A stretch of 64,000 bases of DNA from Acidimicrobiia bacterium (GCA_965215185.1 OZ244034.1:672001-736000); one strand, 5' to 3'. Positions 8,898 through 18,996 are shown, counted from the first letter of the stretch. The notes: generated by a model not told the origin, from the letters alone. Translations and numbers: made by a program.

Positions 8898-11821
8898 GGT
8901 TGAGGATCAGCTTTCTCCGAAATGATGGCTTGACCGATCTCGCCCAGAAGCTTGATCACCTCTTCCAGCCTGACCGGGTCGAAAGAAAGCTTCCAGGACG
9001 GCTTTTCACAAAGCGGATACCAAAACTCGGCGGCGGAGGCGTTGGCGCCGGGGGTGAGTCGAGATTTCGCCCATAGGTAGAAGCCCAGTTGCAATGCGAT
9101 TCTGGCGTCCTTTGCGGTCATTGGATTCTTGGAAGTCTTGTAATCGACGATGCGCAGGGTTCCGTCTCCCATCCGGTCTATACGATCAATTCGGCCCTTC
9201 CAGGAGATCCCGTCCAGTTCGGTGGCGACTTTCCCTTCGAAACTGATGGCTTGCCCGCTCTCTTTTTCCCACCGTTGCGCCAATTGGTCGAGGAGTTTTA
9301 TTCCTCGTTCCCGCCAGGCTTGGTTGAGAACGGGGGTACCGAAATCGTAGGTGGCGAGTTGGTTGTCGAGCTCTTTCATTGCGAAATGCAGGTTCAGTCC
9401 GCTTTCGGCCCGTTCGAAGGACCTCTGTCCGCTTCTTTGGAGAACATGGTGGATCAGTTGCCCGAATTTGGCAGTGGGTTTCTCGTCAACCGCCCTGATT
9501 TGCAACCGATGTTCCAGGGCGTAACGCCGGGGACAGATCTGGTAGGCCTCGGCCTGCGACGCCGACATGATATGACCCGGATCAATCAGTCCGAGGTCGG
9601 ATCCGGGGGATAGCATTCCCGCGAAACTGCGGGGATCCCACAGGTCCGTGCGGGGAGGGTGGGCGAGCACCATGGAGGCCGCCAAGCGGCGGGGGCGGCT
9701 CTGGTGGATGTCCTGTTGGGTACGTCTCAGGTATCCCTCTGTCTCGAGCCGGCCAAGGGGAGAGGAGTTGGGTTTTGGGGAGGGTGGTCTCAGTTTCTGG
9801 CCGGTGAAGTTGGCTAGGCGGAGCATGAATCGGCTGACCGCACTGCGCATTTCTTTGAGATCTGGGGAGGTGGCGGTCCACACCACCCGGAGGCGTGCGC
9901 GGGTCATGGCCACATAGGCGAGATTCAATTCCTCCTCCAGCCGGCTCTCAAGGATCTGGAGGTATTTCACATCCGGGCGGGAAAGGAATTGTCCTTCCAG
10001 AAGGGATGTGAAGGGACGGGTGTCGGGGAACGCTCCCTCCGTGGCGCTGGCGATGAACACCACCTCGAATTGCTGGCCCTTGGCCTGATGGATGGTGCTG
10101 ATTGTCACCCCACTCTCATCCGGGCTGTAAGGCTTGAGCAGAGGCGAGGCTTCAAGATCTCCTCCCAGGGTTAGCTTCCGGTAATCGAGCAGAGAAGTGA
10201 GGGGAGAACGTTCCGCCAGCCTGCCCAGAGTTTGGGCAAATGAGAACAGGGTGGATCGGTAACTGGCGGGCTGATCTGATTCGACGAGTCGATGAAGCTG
10301 GGGAAGGCGGCTCCAGAACTTCCAGAATCCGGTGGTGGCTGGAGGGGTTTTCGCCCAAGATGGTTCATTGAGGAGGTTGGAGAGCGCCTTGGCATTGGGC
10401 AAGTTCTCTGCCAGCACCTGCGCCCAATGCTGACCGGACCCGCGGCGAATGACCTCCAGTTCCCTGGCCCGACCCTGGGTGAGCGAGAACGAGGGTCCCA
10501 GCAGTGCGCCCTTCATTATTCGGTCGACGGCCTCCTTCTCCGATCTGGAGAGATGTGGGTCGGTGTCCACCGCCGCCACCCAGGCCAGATCCAGCACCAG
10601 ACGCACCGCCGGATGGTCTATCAGCTGGGCGTTCGGTCGGGCGTGGGGTATATCCTCCCGGTCCAGTGCTCGGGATAGGGCCGCCAGTGGACGCAAGGCG
10701 CGGGTGAGCACTGCGATCTTGGAGTAGGGGAGTTGTTCGGTGAGGTGAAGGCGTTTGATCTCCGAGGCGATCCAGTCGTTTTCGGCCATCTCCTGGTTGA
10801 AGACATAGATCTCGACCTTGCCCGCGTGGGGGGCGGGGGCGGGAAGAGTTTGATGGTCGATACCCACTAGCGCCCCGGCCGATGACAACACCTCCTCAGG
10901 AACCCTGAAGCTGGTGTTGAGGATGACAGTGTTGGTCGGCGAATGCGCCACGGCGTCGAAAGTCTCGGGAAAGGCGCTCACCGAGGCACGCTCAGCGCCC
11001 AAGAATGAAAAGGAGGTCTGCTGGGGATCGGCAACCGCCGTCAGGTGGCAGCCGGCTCCCACCAGTCTCTTTAGGATCTCCACCTGCACCACGGTGGCTT
11101 CCTGGAATTCGTCAACCAACACGTATGGGAATCGAGCCACGGTGTTTCTGACTATCTCGGGTATGCCCAATGCACGGTTGGCCCGAAGCAGAAGACCCGT
11201 GTAGTCGATTTTGTTCTCTTTTTCCAGCCTGCGTAGGTAATGCCGATAGAACCCGGGTAGGGCCGCCCACGCCGGTCTTTTCTTAGCTCGATCGGCCAGT
11301 TTATCCGGGCTGATGCGCTGCTCACCACACCTCAGCATGAAGTCGGCGAGTTCTTCGGCGAGGGTGTGGGTGTGGAGCAGGCGGCGATAAAAAAGTGGCC
11401 AGTCCTCGGGTGGTTCATCGGCCAGGACCTCTTTGACGAAGTGGATCTGTTCGGGAGCGGTTAGAAGCATGGGAGGCTGGATAGTCCCGAAGAGTTCCTG
11501 GCAGTTCTCTTCGACCAACGTCCGGGCGAAGGCATAGAAGGTCCCGACGGACAATTCCCCAAAAGAGCGCTGAGCCGCTGTGGTTATCCGACCTCGCAGA
11601 TCAGAGGCGGTTTCCCGAGAGAACGACAATCCCAAGACTGTGTCGGATGAAGCAGTTTCGGAGTTGATCAAATGTGCGGCGCGGCAGGCTAAGAGTTCGG
11701 TCTTGCCCGTGCCCGGCCCCCCAATGACCAGTTGGGTTCCCTCTATCCGGGTGACCAGATCGTCCCATTTCCCAGGAGAGATCCTTTCACCCCGGAGCGA
11801 TCCGACCGAAGGACGCCTCAC
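8804..11821 (-). CDS. adnA: UvrD-like helicase-nuclease, AdnA-like subunit
   Basis: GGPGTGKT, DEFQE, TIHQAKGQQF, YVAMTRAR; C-terminal GRIDRID/DYKTS/QLGFY and CPRR...CRKCQVRTLC. Confidence 0.85.
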   Translation of the reverse strand: MRRPSVGSLRGERISPGKWDDLVTRIEGTQLVIGGPGTGKTELLACRAAHLINSETASSDTVLGLSFSRETASDLRGRITTAAQRSFGELSVGTFYAFARTLVEENCQELFGTIQPPMLLTAPEQIHFVKEVLADEPPEDWPLFYRRLLHTHTLAEELADFMLRCGEQRISPDKLADRAKKRPAWAALPGFYRHYLRRLEKENKIDYTGLLLRANRALGIPEIVRNTVARFPYVLVDEFQEATVVQVEILKRLVGAGCHLTAVADPQQTSFSFLGAERASVSAFPETFDAVAHSPTNTVILNTSFRVPEEVLSSAGALVGIDHQTLPAPAPHAGKVEIYVFNQEMAENDWIASEIKRLHLTEQLPYSKIAVLTRALRPLAALSRALDREDIPHARPNAQLIDHPAVRLVLDLAWVAAVDTDPHLSRSEKEAVDRIMKGALLGPSFSLTQGRARELEVIRRGSGQHWAQVLAENLPNAKALSNLLNEPSWAKTPPATTGFWKFWSRLPQLHRLVESDQPASYRSTLFSFAQTLGRLAERSPLTSLLDYRKLTLGGDLEASPLLKPYSPDESGVTISTIHQAKGQQFEVVFIASATEGAFPDTRPFTSLLEGQFLSRPDVKYLQILESRLEEELNLAYVAMTRARLRVVWTATSPDLKEMRSAVSRFMLRLANFTGQKLRPPSPKPNSSPLGRLETEGYLRRTQQDIHQSRPRRLAASMVLAHPPRTDLWDPRSFAGMLSPGSDLGLIDPGHIMSASQAEAYQICPRRYALEHRLQIRAVDEKPTAKFGQLIHHVLQRSGQRSFERAESGLNLHFAMKELDNQLATYDFGTPVLNQAWRERGIKLLDQLAQRWEKESGQAISFEGKVATELDGISWKGRIDRIDRMGDGTLRIVDYKTSKNPMTAKDARIALQLGFYLWAKSRLTPGANASAAEFWYPLCEKPSWKLSFDPVRLEEVIKLLGEIGQAIISEKADPQPWLPRPSKECRKCQVRTLCPACPEGQGAFTS

Positions 11822-11851
11822 CGGTGCGGCTCCCCCAAACTAGTGAAGGGG

Positions 11852-12016
11852 TCAGGCCGCGACATGCAGTTTGATGGGCGGGCAGATAGTGCACGCACTG
11901 GTGGGTTGTGTCTCAACCAGGTCCACGGTGACGCCGGCTTCGGCCAGCCACTCCATTACCTCATGGCAGTCGGCCGGAGTGGTTTCGACGGTATGGCTGA
12001 TCAGTTGCTTTTCCAT
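11852..12016 (-). CDS. Small hypothetical protein (54 aa, C-terminal CxxC), first gene of the adnAB transcript
   Basis: MEKQLISHTVETTPADCHEVMEWLAEAGVTVDLVETQPTSACTICPPIKLHVAA. ATG lies 7 nt after a TAGGCT -10 box; stop is 30 nt before adnA. Confidence 0.6.
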   Translation of the reverse strand: MEKQLISHTVETTPADCHEVMEWLAEAGVTVDLVETQPTSACTICPPIKLHVAA

Positions 12017-12023
12017 AGGAATA

Positions 12024-12046
12024 AGCCTATGAGAGGGGTGTGACAC
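12024..12046 (-). promoter_or_regulatory. PafBC-type (RecA-NDp) DNA-damage promoter, leaderless
   Basis: Minus strand reads gTGTCAC-acccctctca(10 nt)-TAGGCT-tattcct(7 nt)-ATG, matching the TGTCRG-N10-TAnnnT architecture, upstream of adnAB. Confidence 0.65.
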
Positions 12047-12047
12047 T

Positions 12048-13040
12048 TTACCCCGAAGGCGGGGAAAGGGGGATAGGTTGGGGGTTCGAAGAGGCGGGGG
12101 AGGACGACTGGGATGAGGTTTGATCCTCCCAGGCCGGGCATATCGGCTGATAGGAGCACCAGTTGCACAATCGCGATTTTCTGGTCGGGAACGTGTCGGT
12201 CATGATCGCCCGGTCGATTGCGTACCACAGGGCTTGGAGTTGCTGCTTCATTGCTCTCAACCCCAGCTGCGAGATCGGCTGGCTATAGGCGACCGAATTT
12301 CCCAGGTAGAGCAGGCGGACTTGGGCGGGTGTTCTTCCCAGGTCCTCTTGAATCATCAGGGCATAGATTTTCAGGGCGAAAAAGCTCGAATCGGCATAGT
12401 TCAGCGGGGGCGCCTTGCCCGTTTTGTAGTCGGTGATCACCAGTTCCCCGTCAGCAGCGGCGTCCAGTCGATCAATGATCCCGCGAATCTCCAGCTTCTT
12501 GTCAGAGTCGTCCGACTTGGCGTCCAGGTCGATCAGCAGGGTGACAAACTTCTCCCTATCCAGCGGTTCTATGTGGCGGGGATCCTCGATCTGAAAGTAG
12601 TGCTCAGCCACCTTCCGGCCCGCCTGGTAGTAGGCATCCCGGCCATCGGAATCTTCGGCGAACAATTCCCGGTAGTCGTCGCTTCGGAGGGTTTCATCCC
12701 AAGCGACTTCGTAAAGTTCCAACAGGCGCTCGGGGTGGCGCTCTGAGGAGGGGACTTCAAAAAGCCTCTCCAAGGCGAGGTGGATGGCGGTGCCCCGGGC
12801 CTGAGCGGGTGTGGGGACATCGCGGATTCTCTCGACATGGCGGAATTTGTAGAGCCTCGGGCAGGTTTTGAAATCAGAAGCCCGGCTGGGGGAGAGGTTG
12901 GTCAGCCCGACCGGTTCCTCAACAGAAGACGCAGAGTCCTGGGTAGGGGTAAACAGGACTCCGGACTTCTCTGCACCGGGATCGAGGACAGGCTGCTTCA
13001 ACAAGGCGGGTTTAGGGTGTTCCACTCCAATGGCGAGCAT
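12048..13040 (-). CDS. RecB-family PD-(D/E)XK exonuclease with Fe-S staple
   Basis: LSPSRASDFKTCP, GTAIH, GIIDRLD, DYKTG, LCNWCSYQPIC. Start uncertain (track 13193; 13040 or later more likely). Confidence 0.85.
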   Translation of the reverse strand: MLAIGVEHPKPALLKQPVLDPGAEKSGVLFTPTQDSASSVEEPVGLTNLSPSRASDFKTCPRLYKFRHVERIRDVPTPAQARGTAIHLALERLFEVPSSERHPERLLELYEVAWDETLRSDDYRELFAEDSDGRDAYYQAGRKVAEHYFQIEDPRHIEPLDREKFVTLLIDLDAKSDDSDKKLEIRGIIDRLDAAADGELVITDYKTGKAPPLNYADSSFFALKIYALMIQEDLGRTPAQVRLLYLGNSVAYSQPISQLGLRAMKQQLQALWYAIDRAIMTDTFPTRKSRLCNWCSYQPICPAWEDQTSSQSSSPASSNPQPIPLSPPSG

Positions 13041-13247
13041 ACGGGAATGCCGGCCCCTTTTCTGGTCTCTTGCCCCTGAGCAACCGTTGTGCGCGAAAAA
13101 CACACGTAACCTGTGGAAAGCAGATGGCGGGGTAAACATGCAACTGAGGATCTGTCCGCTGCGGGGCCCCGCGAGGTAGGGTAAACCCTTCAACGTTGCT
13201 AGCCTGAAACCCCGAACCCCTCTGTTGGAAAATCATTAGAAAGCCCT

Positions 13248-15872
13248 ATGGAAAGTAGCAAGGTCCGCCAGACTTTTCTCGATTTCTTTGCCGAACGCGG
13301 TCACACAGTTCGTCCCTCGGCGTCTCTCATCCCCATCGACCCCACCCTGTTGGTGACCAACGCTGGGATGGTGCCTTTCAAGCCCTACTTTCTGGGAGAG
13401 GAGCCGCCTCCTTATCGACGGGCGGCGAGTGTCCAAAAATGTGTGCGGACCGTTGACATTGACATAATCGGAACCACCGCCCGCCACACCTCGTTCTTCG
13501 AAATGATGGGCAATTTCAGCTTCGGTGACTACTTCAAGAAGGATGCGATCCGCTGGTCTTACCGATTGGTCACCGATGGGTACGGACTGGACCCCGACCG
13601 GTTGTGGTTCACCGTTTATGAAACCGATGAAGAGGCTGCCGAACTTTGGATTTCCGAGGTGGGCGTGCCCCCGGAGCGGGTGCAGCGGGGAGGAAGGGAC
13701 AATTTCTGGCAGATGGGAGTACCCGGCCCGTGCGGCCCGTGTTCGGAGATTTTCTATGATCGGGGGCCCGAATACGGACCAGAGGGAGGTCCGATCGGTG
13801 GCGGCGAGAACCGCTATGTAGAACTGTGGAACCTGGTGTTCATGCAGAACATTCAGGACCGGCCCTTTCATGTGGTAGGGGATCTTCCCCAAAAGGGTGT
13901 GGACACGGGCATGGGCCTGGAGCGGACCGCAATGATTCTCCAGGGAGTCGAAAGCGCCTTCGAGACCGATGTGATGCGTCCGGTGTTGGAGGTCAGTTCT
14001 TCGGTCTGCGGAGTCTCCTACGGACAGAGTCCCGTCTCCGATGTGTCCCTGCGCATCTTGGCCGATCACGGTCGGGCCATGACGGTGCTGATCGCAGACG
14101 GTGTGGTTCCCTCCAACGAAGGACGGGGATTTGTCCTGCGAAGGCTGATCCGTCGGGCCGTGCGCCACGGTTGGCTCCTGAGCTATGAGGGACTGCTGAT
14201 GCCTAGGCTGGCTTCCGCCACGGTTGGCGCCTTGGGGGATGCCTACCCGGAGGTCATCGACCAGTACGACCTGGTGCTGAAGGTGGTCTCTCAAGAGGAG
14301 TACCGCTTCCTTCGCATCCTGGAGTCGGGTCACTCGATTTTGCAGGGGGAGATGAACAGCCTGGGCGAGGGCGAGACTCTGCCAGGAGAGGTGGCGTTCC
14401 GGCTCCACGACACCTACGGATTCCCCTTCGAATTGATCATGGAGATCTCCGAAGAAAGACAGGTGGATGTGGACCAGGGAGGTTTTACCCGTTTGATGGA
14501 GGAACAACGGAAGCGGGCCCGGCGAGCTTGGAAGGGCGGCGAGGAGTCGGCGGCAGCCGATCTGTACCGTGGGCTGCTTGACGACATCGGGACCTGTGAG
14601 TTCATCGGGTATGACCATGAAGACGGCAAGGCGCAAGTGCTGGCCATCCTCCAAGAGGGTGAGCCGGTGTCAGTCGCCCGGCGGGGTGAAAAGGTGGAGG
14701 TGTTCTTGGACCGCACCCCGTTTTACGCCGAGGCGGGAGGCCAGGTGGGGGACACCGGGGTCATAGTCAGTGACACGGGGGAGTTGGAGATCTCTGACAC
14801 CCGTCATCCCCTGGTGGGACTTGCCGGGCACCAGGCGCGGGTAACGAGAGGATGGGTGGGTACCGGACAGACCGTGAGGACGGGAATCGACGTTTTGCGC
14901 CGGGAGGGGATCCGCAAAAGCCACACCGCCACTCACATTCTCCACTGGGCGCTGCGGGAAGGTCTGGGTGACCATGTCCGCCAAGCTGGCTCGTTGGTGA
15001 CCGATGGGCGGCTTCGCTTCGATTTTTCCCACTACTCGGTGTTGGAGCCGGAGGAGATGACCGAAATTGACCTGCTGGCTAACCAGAAGGTGATCGGCAA
15101 CGGAAGCGTCAATACCACCGTCATGCACATCGACCAGGCCCGCGCCTCAGGCGCTCTGGCCTTTTTTGGCGACAAGTACGGGGAGCAGGTGCGAGTGGTG
15201 CAGGTGGGTGACTTCTCGCGGGAACTGTGCGGAGGCACCCACGTTCCCACTTCCGGTCAAACCGGTCCGGTGGTGGTGCTGGGCGAGTCGTCTATCGGCG
15301 CCAATCTGCGCCGGGTGGAGGCGCTCACCGGCCAGACCGCCTATGACCACCTGCTCAAGGTTCGCGACACTCTGGACAGAACCGGAAAGAGGCTCACCGT
15401 TCCCTGGACGGCGGTCCCCGAGCGGGTGGAGTCCCTTTTGGCGAGGGTGAGCGAGTTGGAGGACGAACTGGAGCAGATGCGGTCTGTCCGCAGGGGTGAC
15501 CTGGCCGCGGAACTGGCGGGCGGGGCCCGAATCTGCAACAACTTCAAGTTGGTGGTCTCCGCTCAAGAAGGACTCGACACCAAGCAGTTACGACAATTGG
15601 CCATAGGAGTGAGAGACCGGATCGGTCCGGGGGTGGTGGTGGTCGGATCGGTCGCCAGTGGCAAGGGGGCTGTGGTGGGAGCGGTGAGCCGTAATCTGAC
15701 ACAGCAGGGGATTTCGGCGGCAAAGGTGGTGGGGTCGGCCGCTCGGATTATGGGCGGGGGAAGTTCTCGTGATGCGGAGTTGTCCCAAGGAGGAGGTCCG
15801 AAGGGCCATCTCTTGGATGAGGCCCTTGAAGAAGCCGGTACGGTGGCGGCTCGGGCCCTTTTGGAGGTCTGA
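13248..15872 (+). CDS. alaS: Alanine--tRNA ligase
   Basis: TNAGMVPFK, HTSFFEMMGNFSFGDYFK, DTGMGLER, HTATH, ELCGGTH. Confidence 0.98.
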   Translation: MESSKVRQTFLDFFAERGHTVRPSASLIPIDPTLLVTNAGMVPFKPYFLGEEPPPYRRAASVQKCVRTVDIDIIGTTARHTSFFEMMGNFSFGDYFKKDAIRWSYRLVTDGYGLDPDRLWFTVYETDEEAAELWISEVGVPPERVQRGGRDNFWQMGVPGPCGPCSEIFYDRGPEYGPEGGPIGGGENRYVELWNLVFMQNIQDRPFHVVGDLPQKGVDTGMGLERTAMILQGVESAFETDVMRPVLEVSSSVCGVSYGQSPVSDVSLRILADHGRAMTVLIADGVVPSNEGRGFVLRRLIRRAVRHGWLLSYEGLLMPRLASATVGALGDAYPEVIDQYDLVLKVVSQEEYRFLRILESGHSILQGEMNSLGEGETLPGEVAFRLHDTYGFPFELIMEISEERQVDVDQGGFTRLMEEQRKRARRAWKGGEESAAADLYRGLLDDIGTCEFIGYDHEDGKAQVLAILQEGEPVSVARRGEKVEVFLDRTPFYAEAGGQVGDTGVIVSDTGELEISDTRHPLVGLAGHQARVTRGWVGTGQTVRTGIDVLRREGIRKSHTATHILHWALREGLGDHVRQAGSLVTDGRLRFDFSHYSVLEPEEMTEIDLLANQKVIGNGSVNTTVMHIDQARASGALAFFGDKYGEQVRVVQVGDFSRELCGGTHVPTSGQTGPVVVLGESSIGANLRRVEALTGQTAYDHLLKVRDTLDRTGKRLTVPWTAVPERVESLLARVSELEDELEQMRSVRRGDLAAELAGGARICNNFKLVVSAQEGLDTKQLRQLAIGVRDRIGPGVVVVGSVASGKGAVVGAVSRNLTQQGISAAKVVGSAARIMGGGSSRDAELSQGGGPKGHLLDEALEEAGTVAARALLEV

Positions 15873-15873
15873 C

Positions 15874-16311
15874 CTGGGTCGGGTTCTCGCTGTGGACCCG
15901 GGAGAGAGGAGGGTGGGGGTGGCGCTGTCCGATCCGAGGGGGATCATTGCCCAGCCATGGGCGGTCATCGACCGTACTATTTCGGATGTGGTGGCCGAGG
16001 TGCAAAAGATGGCGCAGGAAAACGGTGTGGACACCATCGTGGTTGGCTTGCCGATCAGACTCTCCGGCGAAGAGGGAGCACCCGCCGCCGCGGCCCGCGA
16101 GTTGGCCGACCAGCTGCGAAGCGCCACCGGTCTGTTGGTGGAGATGCACGATGAGCGATACTCTTCCGTGGCGGCTGAACAGATCATGAGAGAGGGAAAG
16201 GCGTCATCAAAGAAGCGCCGCTACCAGCGGGATAAGGTGGCGGCGGCCATCATACTCTCTGAGTACCTGATGGGAAGGCCCAAGGTGAACACACCGGACC
16301 GACAACAGTGA
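15874..16311 (+). CDS. ruvX: Pre-16S rRNA nuclease / Holliday junction resolvase RuvX (YqgF)
   Basis: LAVDPGERRVGVA, VVGLP, DERYSS, DKVAAAIIL; follows alaS. Likely CTG start at 15874 after GGAGG. Confidence 0.93.
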   Translation: MGRVLAVDPGERRVGVALSDPRGIIAQPWAVIDRTISDVVAEVQKMAQENGVDTIVVGLPIRLSGEEGAPAAAARELADQLRSATGLLVEMHDERYSSVAAEQIMREGKASSKKRRYQRDKVAAAIILSEYLMGRPKVNTPDRQQ

Positions 16312-17417
16312 CCACCCCGTCCGACCCGGACCAGTTTCCCCGCCCCTCCAGCCCCTGGTCGATTCTGCGTTTGCTGGGAGTGGCTGGGGTGGTGGTGCTG
16401 GCTTCGGTATTGGTGATAAACCTGGGTTCGAGCATGGGCGAGCAAGTGGCCGTTCGGCTCGACGCGGTGGAAACCTCCACCACTTCCACCTTGGTTCCAG
16501 GCCTCACCGTCGAGGTTGAAATACCCTTCGGCTCTTCGGCCACCAGGGTGGCGGAACTTCTGATGGAAGCGGGAGTCATTCCTGATTCAGGGCTGCTCTT
16601 GGCTGCGGTTCAGGATGCCGGTGTGGCCGCCTCCATACAAGCCGGCGTCTACCAGTTGACTTCCGGCATCTCCATCGAAGAACTATTGGTGGAACTGCTG
16701 GCGGGGCCGGTAGCCACCAGCTATCGCATCACGGTCTTCGCCGGCCAGCGGATTGATGAGATCCTTGATCTGTTGTCGGAGGGTTCTCTCATCGAAAGGG
16801 CGCAGTTCGAGGACGCTTTACTCAATGGTGCCGTCACTTCATCGTTCTTAGATCAGAGCGTGCCGATCACTCTTCGTTCGTGGGAGGGTCTGCTGTTCCC
16901 CGACACCTATGAGTTTGACAACGAAGCAGGCGCCGCCGAGATTCTCCAGCGTCTGTCCCGCACTATGGAACAGCGGATGTCGCTAATCGACTGGAGCGGG
17001 ATCGCCCCCTTGGGCTATACGCCCTACCACGGGATAGTTATCGCCTCCATCATCGAGTCCGAGGTGCGGCTCGCCGAGGAACGTTCACTGGTGGCCAGTG
17101 TCATATTCAACCGGCTCACAGACGGTGTGATGTTGCAAATGGACAGCACTGTTTTGTATGCGTTGGGCACTCGGGACATCGCCGGCTTTGATCGGGGGGT
17201 GGAGTCTCCCTACAACACATACCTGGCCAGCAGACTTCCTCCCACTCCCATCGCGGCTTCCAGCTTCTCGTCCTTGCAGGCCGTCGCACAGCCTGCCGTC
17301 ACAGATTTTCGCTTCTTCGTGCTCAGTTCCACCGATGGCCGACACACCTTCACGGTTACTGGGGAAGAGCATCAGGCGGCTGTGGAGAAGGCACGATCAG
17401 AAGGGGTGCTCCCCTGA
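16308..17417 (+). CDS. mltG: Endolytic transglycosylase MltG
   Basis: N-terminal TM helix, EGLLFPDTY, ASIIESE, LQMDST, SPYNTY; alaS-ruvX-mltG-aroE synteny. Confidence 0.93.
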   Translation: MTTPSDPDQFPRPSSPWSILRLLGVAGVVVLASVLVINLGSSMGEQVAVRLDAVETSTTSTLVPGLTVEVEIPFGSSATRVAELLMEAGVIPDSGLLLAAVQDAGVAASIQAGVYQLTSGISIEELLVELLAGPVATSYRITVFAGQRIDEILDLLSEGSLIERAQFEDALLNGAVTSSFLDQSVPITLRSWEGLLFPDTYEFDNEAGAAEILQRLSRTMEQRMSLIDWSGIAPLGYTPYHGIVIASIIESEVRLAEERSLVASVIFNRLTDGVMLQMDSTVLYALGTRDIAGFDRGVESPYNTYLASRLPPTPIAASSFSSLQAVAQPAVTDFRFFVLSSTDGRHTFTVTGEEHQAAVEKARSEGVLP

Positions 17418-17425
17418 CCGCAGGG

Positions 17426-18250
17426 GTGACGCCCGCCACGCCCGCAGGTGGTTATCGCCTGGCGGTACTGGGGGATCCGGTTGAGCATTCTCTCTCTCCC
17501 CGGATGCACAACGCGGCGCTGGCCTCTTTGGGTCTGGGAGGGGTCTACAGTCGGCGACGGGTGGACAAGCAGGGAATGAAAGAGGCGGCAAGGCAGATAA
17601 AGGTGGGAGCACTCCACGGCGCAAACATCACCATGCCCCACAAGGGGTTGGCGGCCCGCTTGGCCGACCGGCTGAGCTCCGATGCGCAGCGAGCAGGGTC
17701 GGTCAACACCTGGACCATGGAGAGGGACGGAGGGCTCATCGGACACAGCACCGATGTGGAAGCGGTGCGTCGGGTATGGGTGAAGGCGGGACTTCCCACC
17801 GACTGTCCGGTGCTGGTCATCGGCGCGGGAGGGGCGGCGGCGGCGGCAATCGTGGCGCTGGAGAACCAGGTGGTCTGGTGCTCGGCGCGTCGTTCCGAGG
17901 CGGTCTCGTCTTTGGCCGAGCGGGTCGATGTCCCGATTCGCCCACTGCCATGGGGAGATATGTTGCCCGGAGCGGTGGTGGTGAACGCCACCCCCCTGGG
18001 GATGAGGGGAGGTGAGCTGCCCCAGGTGGTGCTGGAGGAGGCTGTGGGCATTTTCGACATGGCCTATCGGGGGGATGCGGCGCAGACCGCGGCGGTGGAC
18101 GGGATGAGGGATCTGGGCTTGCCGGCATCGGACGGCCTGGCGATGTTGGTCGCCCAGGCGGAAGCCTCTTTTGAAATGTGGACCGGACTGCGCCCGCCCG
18201 CCGGGGTGATGAACCGAGCTGTGAGATCGGGGGGAACCAGCGTCGGATGA
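17426..18250 (+). CDS. aroE: Shikimate dehydrogenase
   Basis: GDPVEHSLSPRMHN, NITMPHK, GSVNT, GAGGAA, NATPLG. Confidence 0.95.
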   Translation: MTPATPAGGYRLAVLGDPVEHSLSPRMHNAALASLGLGGVYSRRRVDKQGMKEAARQIKVGALHGANITMPHKGLAARLADRLSSDAQRAGSVNTWTMERDGGLIGHSTDVEAVRRVWVKAGLPTDCPVLVIGAGGAAAAAIVALENQVVWCSARRSEAVSSLAERVDVPIRPLPWGDMLPGAVVVNATPLGMRGGELPQVVLEEAVGIFDMAYRGDAAQTAAVDGMRDLGLPASDGLAMLVAQAEASFEMWTGLRPPAGVMNRAVRSGGTSVG

Positions 18251-18903
18251 TCGAATTGGGAGGGGTATTTCTGGCGGGGATCGGGATTGGACTGGCGGTT
18301 GACAGATGGATTGCCCGTCGGCTTGCACAAAGCGGCCTGGGAAGATCTCCCACCTGGCGACCGGCCACCCGATGGATGCTCACCGCCGCGCTGGGCGTCG
18401 GATGGGCTGCGATGTTGCGGAAGGCGGGCTGGACCTGGGTCCTGCCCGCTCATGTGGTGTGGGTGACTGTCACTGGCGCTTTGGTCATGACGGATCTGGA
18501 GCACAAATTGATTCCCAATCGCATCCTTTACCCAGGCACAGCTATAACCGGCGTCCTGCTCCTGATCGGCGCCCTGGCAGAACGAACTCCCGGGCGACTG
18601 GCAAGCGCGGCCCTCGGTGCATTACTCTGTCTGGCGGGCATGGGTGTCCTGTCGGTGTTGGGCAAAGACGCCCTCGGCATGGGAGACGTCAAACTCTCCG
18701 CGCTGCTTGGCCTGGTCTGCGGCTACCGGGGCTGGGAGGTGGCTCTCCAATCCATCCTGTCCGGATTTCTAATCGGAGGAGCCGTAGCCGTGCTCCTAAT
18801 GCCTACTCGCAAAGCCCACCGCCACACCCACGTCCCCTTTTCTCCCGCCCTGGTGGCCGGCGCTTGGTGGTCCTTTCACGGTGTCCCTCTAGACGCCGTC
18901 TGA
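18247..18903 (+). CDS. A24-family prepilin peptidase
   Basis: Multi-TM; TDLEHKLIPN and GMGDVKL aspartate motifs, VPFSP; ATGA overlap with aroE stop. Confidence 0.88.
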   Translation: MIELGGVFLAGIGIGLAVDRWIARRLAQSGLGRSPTWRPATRWMLTAALGVGWAAMLRKAGWTWVLPAHVVWVTVTGALVMTDLEHKLIPNRILYPGTAITGVLLLIGALAERTPGRLASAALGALLCLAGMGVLSVLGKDALGMGDVKLSALLGLVCGYRGWEVALQSILSGFLIGGAVAVLLMPTRKAHRHTHVPFSPALVAGAWWSFHGVPLDAV

Positions 18904-18996
18904 GTGTTTGCACTGTTGGTTATCTTGCCGGCAGGAGGGTGTGTCCAGCGTCACTGCCTGGATCGAGATCCTGAGCACCGCTTCGGCAGGGCATAT

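Noticed and set aside
3617-13040. Cas4-like nucleases suggesting a CRISPR-Cas locus
   Set aside because: No repeat-spacer array or other cas genes seen; the context is AdnAB repair.
13236-14654. 472-aa antisense ORF over alaS, and similar long shadow ORFs over aceE, carAB, priA, leuS and lepA
   Set aside because: Expected from high-GC codon bias opposite well-conserved genes; no recognisable motifs.
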